From the IMG/VR virus record IMGVR_UViG_3300017910_000724, positions 1 to 25,587 of that record: 25,587 nucleotides of DNA; one strand, 5' to 3'. Of the stretch, positions 7,422 through 17,133 are shown one piece after another. Every line of letters begins with the position of its first letter. Position 1 is the stretch's first letter. This stretch comes from a virus. Taxonomy: Duplodnaviria; Caudoviricetes. The position numbers were made by a program, and so were the translations under genes. Below the pieces are notes generated by a model that saw only the letters and a list, made by a program, of their open reading frames with translations, was not told the DNA's origin and ran no database searches.

Positions 7422-8153
7422 ATGACAACAAATTATTTTAACGTAGAAGTAGCGCCTACATTTACTGGAGCTAACGCAGTTACTGCTTTTGCAGACGACG
7501 ACATATTGTTTGACTGGACCGCTTTTGACGTTCCAAGAGGTGCTGGTACTTTGTTAGGCGTAACTGTAATGGTAAGAGGTACAAACGCAAGTAGACAAGA
7601 GCAGCCTTTAGATATATACTTTGCTAAAGATAAAGTTATCAACGGTACAGAGTATGCTCCTGGTGCTTTAGGATCTGTTAACGCTGCTGTTTCTGGCGCT
7701 AACTTTATTAATCACATAACTGGATCCGTTAAAATATTAGCTACAGATTATCAAGACGGACTAACTCATCACGCGGCAGCACACAAAGATCTTTCTAATG
7801 GAATAGTATTAGAAACGCTCCCTTCAACAGGATCAACAACTGGTCTTGATAGATTGTATATAGCTGGTATTGCTAAAGGAGCTTTTGATTTTGGCACTGG
7901 CGTTCTAGTAAATCAAACTGGTGGTATCGCCGCTGCTACAGCAGAAACAGCTATACCAACTGATGGTTCTGCGGCTGCAAGATGTTTAGCTATTGGAGAT
8001 GTACTTGTAGCTCAAGATGGCGCTGCTATAGGAACTGTAACTACCGTAAGCAGTAGTTCAGTAACAGTAGACGCTGTTGCAGAAGCTTTAGCTGATAACG
8101 ACGAAATACTATGTAGTCAACCATTGAAGTTTATACTTCACTTTACAAAATAA
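7422..8153 (+). CDS. Putative virion structural protein (Ala/Thr/Gly-rich, beta-rich, 243 aa)
   Basis: Composition typical of decoration/fibre proteins; position in the late cluster. Confidence 0.55.
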   Translation: MTTNYFNVEVAPTFTGANAVTAFADDDILFDWTAFDVPRGAGTLLGVTVMVRGTNASRQEQPLDIYFAKDKVINGTEYAPGALGSVNAAVSGANFINHITGSVKILATDYQDGLTHHAAAHKDLSNGIVLETLPSTGSTTGLDRLYIAGIAKGAFDFGTGVLVNQTGGIAAATAETAIPTDGSAAARCLAIGDVLVAQDGAAIGTVTTVSSSSVTVDAVAEALADNDEILCSQPLKFILHFTK

Positions 8154-8182
8154 AAAATAATTAACTTAAATTAAATTAAATC

Positions 8183-8470
8183 ATGGCAAAAAGAAAGACA
8201 CCAAAGGTGGACTTAAAACCTCGTGCTGAAAAAATAACTGATCAGCAATTAGAAAAACTTCAAAGCGTTGTTAAAAACATTAACAAAGCTCAACAAGAAA
8301 TAGGTGTGGCAGAATCTAGAAAGCACGAGTTGCTACACCTAATATTTGGCTTAAACGATTCTATAAGAGAAATGCAAACTCAGTTTGTTAAAGAGTATGG
8401 ATCTGATGAGATTAATATAGCTGACGGAACAATTAAATATAATGAAAATGGTATCGACAAAGCTAATTAG
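8183..8470 (+). CDS. Hypothetical coiled-coil protein (95 aa)
   Basis: Heptad-like central helix; strong A-rich leader. Confidence 0.75.
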   Translation: MAKRKTPKVDLKPRAEKITDQQLEKLQSVVKNINKAQQEIGVAESRKHELLHLIFGLNDSIREMQTQFVKEYGSDEINIADGTIKYNENGIDKAN

Positions 8471-8675
8471 AAAAATAACTATTGGTAAAGATTATAAAAT
8501 AGATTCTATGCACTACTCTGTAGGCCAAGAGGTATATGGAGGCCATAGAATATGCGACATTATTGAAGAAGAGGAGAAATACTCTATATATATTAGAAAA
8601 AATAAAGATGTTATGCCTTGGAAAGACTTTAATAAAAACATGGCAATATCTGTAGAATATAACTTAGAATATTAA
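8442..8675 (+). CDS. Hypothetical protein (75-77 aa; start may be 8448)
   Basis: ORF with a beta-rich globular pattern (IRKITIGKDYK, YSVGQEVYGGH, PWKDFN). Confidence 0.75.
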   Translation: MKMVSTKLIRKITIGKDYKIDSMHYSVGQEVYGGHRICDIIEEEEKYSIYIRKNKDVMPWKDFNKNMAISVEYNLEY

Positions 8676-8679
8676 AATT

Positions 8680-8853
8680 ATGAAAAAAGCACCGTTTAGA
8701 CTAAAATCTGGCAATAAGCCAGATAAAAAAGGATTTTTTGGAACAGTAAAAGATAGGCTTATTAAAAAAGGAAAAAATATTTTAAATATAAAGTCTAAAG
8801 AAGATATTTTAAAATCTATAGGTTATTCTGATAAAGACATTAAAGGTAATTAA
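8680..8853 (+). CDS. Small basic protein (57 aa) absent from the ORF track
   Basis: Manual translation MKKAPFRLKSGNKPDKKGFFGTVKDRLIKKGKNILNIKSKEDILKSIGYSDKDIKGN*; fills the gap and is TAATG-coupled to the next gene. Confidence 0.7.
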   Translation: MKKAPFRLKSGNKPDKKGFFGTVKDRLIKKGKNILNIKSKEDILKSIGYSDKDIKGN

Positions 8854-9434
8854 TGAAAAGCCTGTATCAGTTTGTGATAGAGCCAGTGGGCAAGAGGTAT
8901 AATAACACTAAGCAAGTTGGTGATAAAACCTTAATACTTAACTCTGAAAATCAAAACCACGAATACGTTAACAGAACCGCTAGAGTAATTAGCGTGCCAG
9001 AATACAACAACACTAGTATAAAAGCTGGTGATGAAATAATTGTTCATCACAATGTTTTTAGAAGATGGGAAGATGTGTATGGTAAAGAACGAAATAGCAA
9101 AGCATACTTTAAAGATAACGTATACTTAGTTAGTGAAGATCAAATATTTTTATACAAAAGAAATAAAAACTGGAAAGCTGTTGACGGCTTTAGCTTTGTG
9201 CAACCTTTAGTAAACGACAATAAATATAGCTCTGAAAAAGAACACGATCATAAAGGTGTAGTTGTATACGAAGATGGAACTTACAATAAAGGGGAAATAG
9301 TGAGTTACACTCCTTTTTCACAGTATGAGTTTGTGATTGACAATGTAAGACTGTTTCGAGTTTATAATAAATTTATTACAATTAAATATGAATCCAAAGG
9401 AAACGAAAAAACGTATAATCCAAGCTGGGCATAG
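8853..9434 (+). CDS. Probable tandem (two-domain) GroES-like protein, 193 aa
   Basis: Both halves show the GroES strand order: FVIEP..ARVISVP..IKAGDEIIV..YLVSEDQI and FVQP..GVVVY..KGEIVSY..EFVIDNVRLFRV. Confidence 0.55.
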   Translation: MKSLYQFVIEPVGKRYNNTKQVGDKTLILNSENQNHEYVNRTARVISVPEYNNTSIKAGDEIIVHHNVFRRWEDVYGKERNSKAYFKDNVYLVSEDQIFLYKRNKNWKAVDGFSFVQPLVNDNKYSSEKEHDHKGVVVYEDGTYNKGEIVSYTPFSQYEFVIDNVRLFRVYNKFITIKYESKGNEKTYNPSWA

Positions 9435-9666
9435 AGCAGTTGAAGAATTAATTAAGGTTGCTCAAGAGCAGATTATAACAAACACAGAAGATGATGTATC
9501 TGCGGATAGATTAAAAAATGCAGCTGCCACTAAAAAGCTAGCTATATTTGATGCCTTTGAAATACTTAACCGTATACAGGAAGAAGAAAATATTTTAGAA
9601 GGAAAAACTAAAAAAAAAAAAAAAGAACGAGTTTTTAAAGGTTTTGCAGAAGGTAGATCAAAATGA
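9388..9666 (+). CDS. Helical protein directly upstream of TerL; candidate terminase small subunit
   Basis: 92 aa, ATGA-coupled to terL; function inferred from position only. Confidence 0.5.
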   Translation: MNPKETKKRIIQAGHRAVEELIKVAQEQIITNTEDDVSADRLKNAAATKKLAIFDAFEILNRIQEEENILEGKTKKKKKERVFKGFAEGRSK

Positions 9667-11882
9667 GTTACGAGCAAACGCTATATAAGATTGTCGAGCC
9701 AGTAAAGCTTACTACTATATCTAGACTTAACAAGTCTAAAAAGTGGCAATATGGATATAACAAAGAACATGATATTGTTGTTATATCTAGAACTGGACAA
9801 ATTGGTCAGATAATTGAAATACAAGGTCTACAGATAGCACTACCTAAAACACCTAAAAACGTATATAAAAACGATTCTAAAAAATGGAAACGCTTTGATT
9901 ATCCTAAAGAGCTAAGCAAGCTAAAAACTGTTTTTGATTGGAGAGATTATCCAGAAGAAAGCAAAGAACAGTGGTATGATTACATTGACGAAGAGTTTAA
10001 ACGTAGAGATGAAGGCTTTTGGTTTGTTAATAAAGACAAACCAACCTACATAACTGGTAGTCACTACATGTATTTGCAATGGAGTAAAATAGATGTTGGC
10101 GCTCCAGACTTTCGTGAAGCCAATAGATTGTTCTTTATATTTTGGGAAGCTTGCAAAGCTGATATTAGATGCTACGGTATGTGTTATTTAAAAAACAGAC
10201 GTAGTGGTTTTTCATTTATGAGCTCGGCTGAAACTGTTAACTTAGCTACTATATCGAGTGACTCTAGATATGGAATACTATCAAAAAGTGGAGCTGATGC
10301 TAAAAAAATGTTTACCGACAAGGTTGTACCAATATCTGTTAACTATCCGTTCTTCTTCAAACCCATACAAGATGGTATGGACAGACCTAAAAGTGAGCTT
10401 GCTTATAGGGTTCCTGCAAGTAAGCTTACGCGTAGAAAGATTACGGCGAACGAAAAGCAGGAAGAGCTGGTTGGACTTGACACTACTATTGATTGGAAAA
10501 ACACAGGTGATAACAGTTACGATGGTGAAAAGCTTAGCTTGTTAGTTCACGATGAAAGTGGTAAGTGGGAAAGGCCTGATAATATTCTAAACAACTGGCG
10601 AGTAACTAAAACTTGTTTAAGATTAGGTGCTCGTGTAGTTGGCAAGTGTATGATGGGTTCAACTAGTAATGCTCTTGATAAAGGAGGGGATAACTTTAAA
10701 AGACTATATAATGACTCAGACGTCACAAGTAGAAATAGGAATGGACAGACAAAGTCTGGTTTATATTCTTTGTTTATCCCAATGGAATGGAACTTTGAAG
10801 GATTTATTGACGAATATGGACAACCAGCATTTAATAACCCTAGTGATGATGTATTCGGACCAGATGGTGAACTAATAGATGTAGGTGTTATAGATCATTG
10901 GGAAAATGAAGTAGAAGGATTAAAATCAGATCAAGATGCTTTAAATGAATTTTACCGTCAGTTTCCACGAACTGAAGAACATGCGTTTAGAGATGAAACA
11001 AAAAATAGCTTATTTAATCTTATAAAGATATATGAGCAAATAGATTATAACGAAGGCGTTACAAACTCCGCTGCTGTAGTTAAAGGAAGCTTTCAGTGGT
11101 TGAATGGTGTTAAAGATACTTTAGTAACTTTTAATCCAGATCCAGGTGGAAGATTTAATATAAGCTGGGTTCCTAACGTAGAAATGCAAAATAAAATAAT
11201 AATTAAAAATGGATTTAAGTCCCCAGGTAATGAACATATTGGTGCCTTTGGCTGCGATAGCTATGATATTAGTGGTACTGTTGATGGTCGAGGATCCAAC
11301 GGATCTCTTCATGGATTAACTAAGTTTAGTATGGAAGACGCTCCGGCAAACCATTTTTTCTTAGAATATATTGCAAGACCACAAACCGCTGAAATGTTTT
11401 TTGAAGATGTGTTAATGGCCTGTGTGTTTTACGGCATGCCAATACTTGCAGAAAACAATAAACCAAGATTGTTATACTATTTTAAAAGAAGAGGCTACAG
11501 AGGCTTTAGCATGAATAGGCCTGACAAGCTTTGGAACAAATTATCTATAGCAGAAAAAGAGATTGGTGGTATACCAAACTCTAGCGAAGATATAAAACAA
11601 GCGCACGCTGCTGCTATAGAAACATATATAAACGATCACGTTGGAGTTAAACAAAACGGTGATTACGGTAATATCTATTTTAACGACACGTTAAATGATT
11701 GGGCTAAGTTTGATATAAACAAGAGAACAAAGTTTGATGCGTCTATAAGTAGTGGTTTAGCTATAATGGCTTGTAATAGACATTTATATAGGCCTAAGCC
11801 TGAAAGAAAAACTAGTAAAGTTAATTTTAGTTTTGCAAAATATAATAACAGAGGCGGAGCTTCTAAAATAATTAAACAATGA
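9663..11882 (+). CDS. terL: Terminase large subunit (crAss-like, 739 aa)
   Basis: Walker A-like LKNRRSGFS, Walker B LLVHDESGKW, coupling motif MGSTSN, RNase H-like nuclease FGCDSYD, ILAENN, KFDASISSG. Confidence 0.92.
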   Translation: MSYEQTLYKIVEPVKLTTISRLNKSKKWQYGYNKEHDIVVISRTGQIGQIIEIQGLQIALPKTPKNVYKNDSKKWKRFDYPKELSKLKTVFDWRDYPEESKEQWYDYIDEEFKRRDEGFWFVNKDKPTYITGSHYMYLQWSKIDVGAPDFREANRLFFIFWEACKADIRCYGMCYLKNRRSGFSFMSSAETVNLATISSDSRYGILSKSGADAKKMFTDKVVPISVNYPFFFKPIQDGMDRPKSELAYRVPASKLTRRKITANEKQEELVGLDTTIDWKNTGDNSYDGEKLSLLVHDESGKWERPDNILNNWRVTKTCLRLGARVVGKCMMGSTSNALDKGGDNFKRLYNDSDVTSRNRNGQTKSGLYSLFIPMEWNFEGFIDEYGQPAFNNPSDDVFGPDGELIDVGVIDHWENEVEGLKSDQDALNEFYRQFPRTEEHAFRDETKNSLFNLIKIYEQIDYNEGVTNSAAVVKGSFQWLNGVKDTLVTFNPDPGGRFNISWVPNVEMQNKIIIKNGFKSPGNEHIGAFGCDSYDISGTVDGRGSNGSLHGLTKFSMEDAPANHFFLEYIARPQTAEMFFEDVLMACVFYGMPILAENNKPRLLYYFKRRGYRGFSMNRPDKLWNKLSIAEKEIGGIPNSSEDIKQAHAAAIETYINDHVGVKQNGDYGNIYFNDTLNDWAKFDINKRTKFDASISSGLAIMACNRHLYRPKPERKTSKVNFSFAKYNNRGGASKIIKQ

Positions 11883-14323
11883 GTTATACAGCTGGAGTAG
11901 TTAGTAATTATTTCCCGAGTCAAGCTGTTAGCGACTTAGAAAAGATTAGTTATGATTACGGTCTTAAAGTTGCTAAAGCAATAGAACAAGAATGGTTTGG
12001 TGATGCCACTGGATCTACAGGTAACAAATATTACGGTGGTAATAGTAGATATTCTGGAAATCAAACAGAGTTTCATAGACTAAGATTATATGCAAGAGGC
12101 GAGCAGTCAGTTCAAAAATACAAAGATGAATTATCTATAAATGGTGATTTGTCATACTTAAACTTAGACTGGAAGCCCGTGCCAATTATACCTAAGTTTG
12201 TAGATATAGTTGTTAATGGTATAGCTGAAAGAACTTACGATATAAAAGCTTATTCTCAAGATCCATTTGGTATGGATAAAAGAACTAAGTACATGAACTC
12301 TATACTAGAGGACATGAACTCTAAAGAGATAAACGATTTTGCTCAAGAAGAGTTTGGCGTTAATCTTTATAATAATGACCCTCAGACTTTACCTGGCTCT
12401 GAAGAAGAGTTAGCGTTACACATGCAGCTTAACTACAAGCAAGCTGTAGAATTAGCTGAAGAGCAAGCTATAAACGTATTGCTAGAAGGTAATAGATATG
12501 AGCTTACAAAGAAAAGATTTTATTATGACTTAACAGTGCTAGGTATTGGTGCTGTAAAAACAAGCTTTAACACTTCTGAAGGAGTTGTAGTAGAGTATGT
12601 AGATCCAGCAAATATAGTTTATTCGTATACAGATTCACCTTATTTTGAAGATATATATTACGTAGGTGAAATAAAGAACGTGCCGATTAACGAGTTAGCA
12701 AAACAGTTTCCACATTTAAAAGGTGAACAGCTTGAAGATATATTAAAAAATAACAATCAGCGAATGGCTAAATATGCTAGCCACAAAGAAACTGATACAA
12801 ACAAGGTTCAAGTTTTGTATTTTAATTACAAAACATATATGAACGAAGTTTATAAAACTAAACAAACAGCTAGTGGAGCCGATAAAATCATACCTAAAGA
12901 TGATAGCTTTAATCCTCCAGAAGATATGGCTGGTGAGTTTAGCAGAATATCTAGAGCTGTTGAAGTGCTTTATGAAGGAGCTTATATAATTGGTACTGAC
13001 AAGCTTATCAAATGGGAGATGTCTAAAAATATGATGAGACCTAAAAGTGATTACACTAAGGTTAAAATGAATTATCATATTGTAGCACCAAGAATGTACA
13101 AAGGCCGTATAGAGTCTTTAGTTAGCAGAATAACTACGTTTGCTGATATGATACAGCTTACGCATTTAAAGCTACAACAAGTGATGTCACGTATGATACC
13201 TGATGGCGTTTATTTAGATGCAGATGGTTTAGCTGAAATAGATTTAGGTAACGGAACAAATTATAATCCGCAAGAAGCTTTAAATATGTTCTTCCAAACA
13301 GGTTCTGTTATTGGTAGATCAATGACGCAAGATGGTGATATGAATCCTGGCAAAGTGCCTATACAAGAAATACAAAGTGGTAATGGTGGCGCGAAGCTTC
13401 AAAGCTTAATAGCTAATTACAACTACTATCTTCAAATGATACGCGACACGACAGGTTTAAACGAAGCTAGAGATGGTAGCATGCCAGATAAAAACGCTTT
13501 AGTAGGTGTTCAAAAATTAGCTGCAGCAAACAGTAATACAGCTACGAGACATATACTTCAAGCTGGTTTATTTTTAACAGCAGAAGTAGCAGAAGCCTTA
13601 TCATTAAGAATATCAGATATATTAGAATATGCACCAACTGCAGACGCTTTCGTTCAAGCTATAGGCTCTCACAACGTAGCTACTCTTGACGAAATGAAAG
13701 AGCTGCACTTATATGACTTTGGTATATTTATAGAACTATCGCCAGACGAAGAGGAAAAAGCTTTACTTGAAAACAATATACAAGTAGCATTAGCGCAACA
13801 AAACATAGACTTAGAAGACGCTATTGATCTTAGACAGATTAAAAACGTAAAGTTAGCTAATCAACTATTGAAAGTAAAGCGTAAGAAAAAGCAAGAGAGA
13901 GACTTAGCTACACAGCAACAAAATATACAAGCTCAAGCTTTAGCCAACGCGCAAGCACAGCAAGTAGCCGCTCAAGCAGAGATACAAAAGCAGCAAGCTT
14001 TAGTTCAAACTCAAGCTCAGTTAGAGCAAGTTAAGAATCAGCTAGACATGCAGAAGTCTATGCAAGAAGCCGAACTTAAAAAGCAGTTAATGCAGCTAGA
14101 GTTTCAAATGAACATGCAGCTCAAAGGTATGGAAGTAGAAGCGCAAAAGAAAAAAGAATCTGAAAAAGAAGATCGTAAAGACGAAAGAACTAGGATACAA
14201 GCATCTCAACAAAGTGAGCTTATAGATCAAAGAAAAACAGGTAGACCACCTAAAAACTTTGAGTCAGCAGGTAATGATGTACTTGGAGGTGGTTTTGGTT
14301 TAAATGCTTTTGAACCTAGATAA
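11879..14323 (+). CDS. Portal protein (814 aa)
   Basis: Follows TerL; PIIPKFVDIVVNG, TGLNEARDG, long Q/A-rich C-terminal coiled coil; size typical of crAss-like portals. Confidence 0.88.
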   Translation: MSYTAGVVSNYFPSQAVSDLEKISYDYGLKVAKAIEQEWFGDATGSTGNKYYGGNSRYSGNQTEFHRLRLYARGEQSVQKYKDELSINGDLSYLNLDWKPVPIIPKFVDIVVNGIAERTYDIKAYSQDPFGMDKRTKYMNSILEDMNSKEINDFAQEEFGVNLYNNDPQTLPGSEEELALHMQLNYKQAVELAEEQAINVLLEGNRYELTKKRFYYDLTVLGIGAVKTSFNTSEGVVVEYVDPANIVYSYTDSPYFEDIYYVGEIKNVPINELAKQFPHLKGEQLEDILKNNNQRMAKYASHKETDTNKVQVLYFNYKTYMNEVYKTKQTASGADKIIPKDDSFNPPEDMAGEFSRISRAVEVLYEGAYIIGTDKLIKWEMSKNMMRPKSDYTKVKMNYHIVAPRMYKGRIESLVSRITTFADMIQLTHLKLQQVMSRMIPDGVYLDADGLAEIDLGNGTNYNPQEALNMFFQTGSVIGRSMTQDGDMNPGKVPIQEIQSGNGGAKLQSLIANYNYYLQMIRDTTGLNEARDGSMPDKNALVGVQKLAAANSNTATRHILQAGLFLTAEVAEALSLRISDILEYAPTADAFVQAIGSHNVATLDEMKELHLYDFGIFIELSPDEEEKALLENNIQVALAQQNIDLEDAIDLRQIKNVKLANQLLKVKRKKKQERDLATQQQNIQAQALANAQAQQVAAQAEIQKQQALVQTQAQLEQVKNQLDMQKSMQEAELKKQLMQLEFQMNMQLKGMEVEAQKKKESEKEDRKDERTRIQASQQSELIDQRKTGRPPKNFESAGNDVLGGGFGLNAFEPR

Positions 14324-14345
14324 TCATTAATTTATATTTTATATT

Positions 14346-15548
14346 ATGGAAAACAAAGAACAACCAATTGCTGACAACACAGTTGAAAAGCAAGTAATCA
14401 AGAAACCGAGAAAAAAGAAGTTTGAAAGAACTGATGAAGTAATTAAGGTAGACTTAACTAAGCCTGCAAACCAAGAAGAGATTAAAGATGAACCAAAGCA
14501 AGAAGTTACAGAAAGTACAACTGACGACGCAGGAGTGGTTGGAGGCAATGAAAGTCCCGAAGCCGCACCGGAACAAGAAGAAGTACAGCCGCAAGCCGAA
14601 ACACAAGAAACTCCAGTATTAGAAGAAGTTTCTGAGGAAGAGATTAAAGAGCAAGCGCAGGAAGTGGCTGAAAAAGTAGAAGAAGCTGTAGCAGAAGCTG
14701 TAGAGTCTGGAAAACCATTACCTGAAAATATTCAAAAGCTAGTTGATTTTATGGAAGAAACTGGTGGTGGTTTAGAAGATTATGTTAGATTAAATAGAGA
14801 TATTAGCTCGTTAGATGATCAAACAGTTTTGTACGAATATTATAAGAGCACAAAGCCTCATCTAACAAATGAAGAAATAAACTTTTTAATGGAAGACAAC
14901 TTCGATTATGACGAAGAAGTCGACGATGAAAGAGATGTAAAAAGAAAAAAATTAGCGTTTAAAGAGCAAGTTGCTAACGCTAAATCACACTTAGATAATC
15001 AAAAGTCTAAGTACTATGAAGAAATTAAAGCTGGCTCAAGGCTTACGCCTGAAGCTAAAAAAGCTATGGATTTCTTTAACCGATACAATAAAGAATCGGA
15101 ACAAAGCAGAGCTGCGGCTGAAAAACAGCGAGATGTTTTTGATAAAAGAACTAACGAAGTTTTTAATAACGATTTCAAAGGTTTTGAATATAACGTTGGA
15201 GATAAAACTTATAGGTACTCAGTCAAAGACGCTAACGAGGTTAAAGCAACCCAAAGCGATATTAACAACTTTGTCAAAAAGTTTTTGAGCGAAGACAACA
15301 CAATATCTGATGCTAAAGGTTATCACAAATCTCTTTTTACTGCTATGAATGCTGACGCAATAGCAAAACACTTTTACGAGCAAGGAAAGTCTGACGCAAT
15401 GAAAGACAGTGTTGCTAAAAGTAAAAATGTTGATATGGAGCCAAGGCAATCTCATGGTGAAATTAATCTAGGAGGAACTAAGTACAGAATAGTAAATGGT
15501 GATACCTCTTCGGATTATAAAGTCAAAATTAGACGAAATAGAAAATAA
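14346..15548 (+). CDS. Putative scaffolding/head assembly protein (400 aa)
   Basis: Lies between portal and capsid genes; very acidic disordered N-terminus, helical C-terminus. Confidence 0.65.
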   Translation: MENKEQPIADNTVEKQVIKKPRKKKFERTDEVIKVDLTKPANQEEIKDEPKQEVTESTTDDAGVVGGNESPEAAPEQEEVQPQAETQETPVLEEVSEEEIKEQAQEVAEKVEEAVAEAVESGKPLPENIQKLVDFMEETGGGLEDYVRLNRDISSLDDQTVLYEYYKSTKPHLTNEEINFLMEDNFDYDEEVDDERDVKRKKLAFKEQVANAKSHLDNQKSKYYEEIKAGSRLTPEAKKAMDFFNRYNKESEQSRAAAEKQRDVFDKRTNEVFNNDFKGFEYNVGDKTYRYSVKDANEVKATQSDINNFVKKFLSEDNTISDAKGYHKSLFTAMNADAIAKHFYEQGKSDAMKDSVAKSKNVDMEPRQSHGEINLGGTKYRIVNGDTSSDYKVKIRRNRK

Positions 15549-15569
15549 TAACTTTTAAAACTTTAAATT

Positions 15570-17072
15570 ATGGCAATTACTGCAGGACCTAATTTGAATA
15601 GCGTACCATCTTCTAATAGACAGACGTTATCTTCAAATTATATCGACTTCGCCACGTTAGGATCATCTGACGGCTGGGCGCAACAATACCTGCCTGACTT
15701 AATTGAGCAAGAAGCTGAAGTGTTTGGTAACAGAACAATATCTGGCTTTTTATCAATGGTTGGTGCAGAAGAACCAATGACATCTGACCAAGTTGTTTGG
15801 TCTGAGCAAGGACGTTTACACCTTACTTACAAAGGTCACATTGTTAACACTACTCAACAAGCAAACGTATCAGGTACTCCAGCTGGTGGTACTATTGAGA
15901 TTGATTTCGACATCGACGATTTAGCTGTTGGAACTGGTACAATAGATCACGGTATTAGAGTTAACGATATGCTTTTATTAGCTACATCTACTGGAACTAC
16001 AAGAGTTTTAGTTTCTGCTGTAACTCTTGATCAGATAGACGTAATTCCTTACGATGCTACTAATAACAACGGACAGTTAGGTCAAATCACAGGATTTGGA
16101 TCTACTGGTTCAAACGATGATAAATCTCTACACATCTTAGTATACGGATCTGAGTATAAGAAAGGTGACAGCGGTAGAGTTGGCGCTAACGCTCCACAAT
16201 TTAAGTCTTTCACAAACAAGCCTATCATCTTAAAAGATAAGTATGAAGTATCAGGATCTGATGCATCTGCTATCGGTTGGGTTGAAGTTGCTGGTGAAGA
16301 AGGACAATCAGGTTACTTATGGTACTTAAAAGCTGAAGGTGACACAAGAGCTCGTTTTGCTGATTACATTGAAATGTCAATGATTGAATCAATAAAAGGT
16401 GACGCTGCTCAATCTGTTGCTGATACTCAGTTGCTACAAGCTAACTTTGGTACTGAAGGTTTATTCGCTGCTATTGAAGACAGAGGTAACATTACTACTG
16501 GTGTAACTGGTGTAAGTGCTGCTGTTGATTTAGCTGAGTTTGACGCTATCTTAGCAGAGTTCGACAAGCAAGGTGCTATCGAAGAAAACATGATGTTCGT
16601 TAATCGTGCTACTAGCTTAGCTATTGACGATATGTTAGCTTCAATGAATTCTTACGGCGCAGGTGGTACATCTTACGGTGTATTTGAAAACGACGAAGAT
16701 ATGGCATTAAACTTAGGTTTCTCTGGATTCAGACGAGGTTCTTACGACTTCTACAAGTCTGACTTCAAATACTTAAACGATTTCGCAACAAGAGGAGCTA
16801 TCAACAGTAAAGACACTAACGGCGCTGTTCGTGGTGTTATTATTCCTGCTGGTGTATCTTCTGTTTATGATCAAGTAATGGGTAGAAACATGAAGCGTCC
16901 GTTCTTACACGTACGTTACCGTGCTTCACAAACTGACGATCGTAGATTAAAGACTTGGGTTACTGGTTCTGTTGGAGCTGTAACTTCTGATCTTGACGCG
17001 ATGGAAGTACACTACTTATCTGAAAGATGTTTAGTAGTACAAGGTGCTAACAACTTCATGTTGATGAAGTAA
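15570..17072 (+). CDS. Major capsid protein (500 aa)
   Basis: Position after portal/scaffold; VVWSEQGRLH, GTEGLFAAIEDRG, LSERCLVVQGANNF; frequent TTC/CGT/AAC codons suggest high expression; strong terminator follows. Confidence 0.9.
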   Translation: MAITAGPNLNSVPSSNRQTLSSNYIDFATLGSSDGWAQQYLPDLIEQEAEVFGNRTISGFLSMVGAEEPMTSDQVVWSEQGRLHLTYKGHIVNTTQQANVSGTPAGGTIEIDFDIDDLAVGTGTIDHGIRVNDMLLLATSTGTTRVLVSAVTLDQIDVIPYDATNNNGQLGQITGFGSTGSNDDKSLHILVYGSEYKKGDSGRVGANAPQFKSFTNKPIILKDKYEVSGSDASAIGWVEVAGEEGQSGYLWYLKAEGDTRARFADYIEMSMIESIKGDAAQSVADTQLLQANFGTEGLFAAIEDRGNITTGVTGVSAAVDLAEFDAILAEFDKQGAIEENMMFVNRATSLAIDDMLASMNSYGAGGTSYGVFENDEDMALNLGFSGFRRGSYDFYKSDFKYLNDFATRGAINSKDTNGAVRGVIIPAGVSSVYDQVMGRNMKRPFLHVRYRASQTDDRRLKTWVTGSVGAVTSDLDAMEVHYLSERCLVVQGANNFMLMK

Positions 17073-17080
17073 TATTGATT

Positions 17081-17113
17081 AGGTCGGGGCTTCGGCCCCG
17101 ATCTTTTTTTTTT
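17081..17113 (+). terminator. Rho-independent terminator after the major capsid gene
   Basis: AGGTCGGGGC-TTCG-GCCCCGATCT stem with C(UUCG)G loop followed by a long T run. Confidence 0.93.
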
Positions 17114-17133
17114 AACTTTTATTATATTATATT

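Noticed and set aside
9610-9666. Programmed frameshift at A15 fusing the upstream ORF to TerL
   Set aside because: The TerL frame has a TAA at 9636-9638 between the A-run and the terL ATG, so no fusion is possible
13900-14130. CAA/GCT-rich quasi-repeats in the portal gene
   Set aside because: Explained by the Gln/Ala-rich coiled-coil of the portal protein
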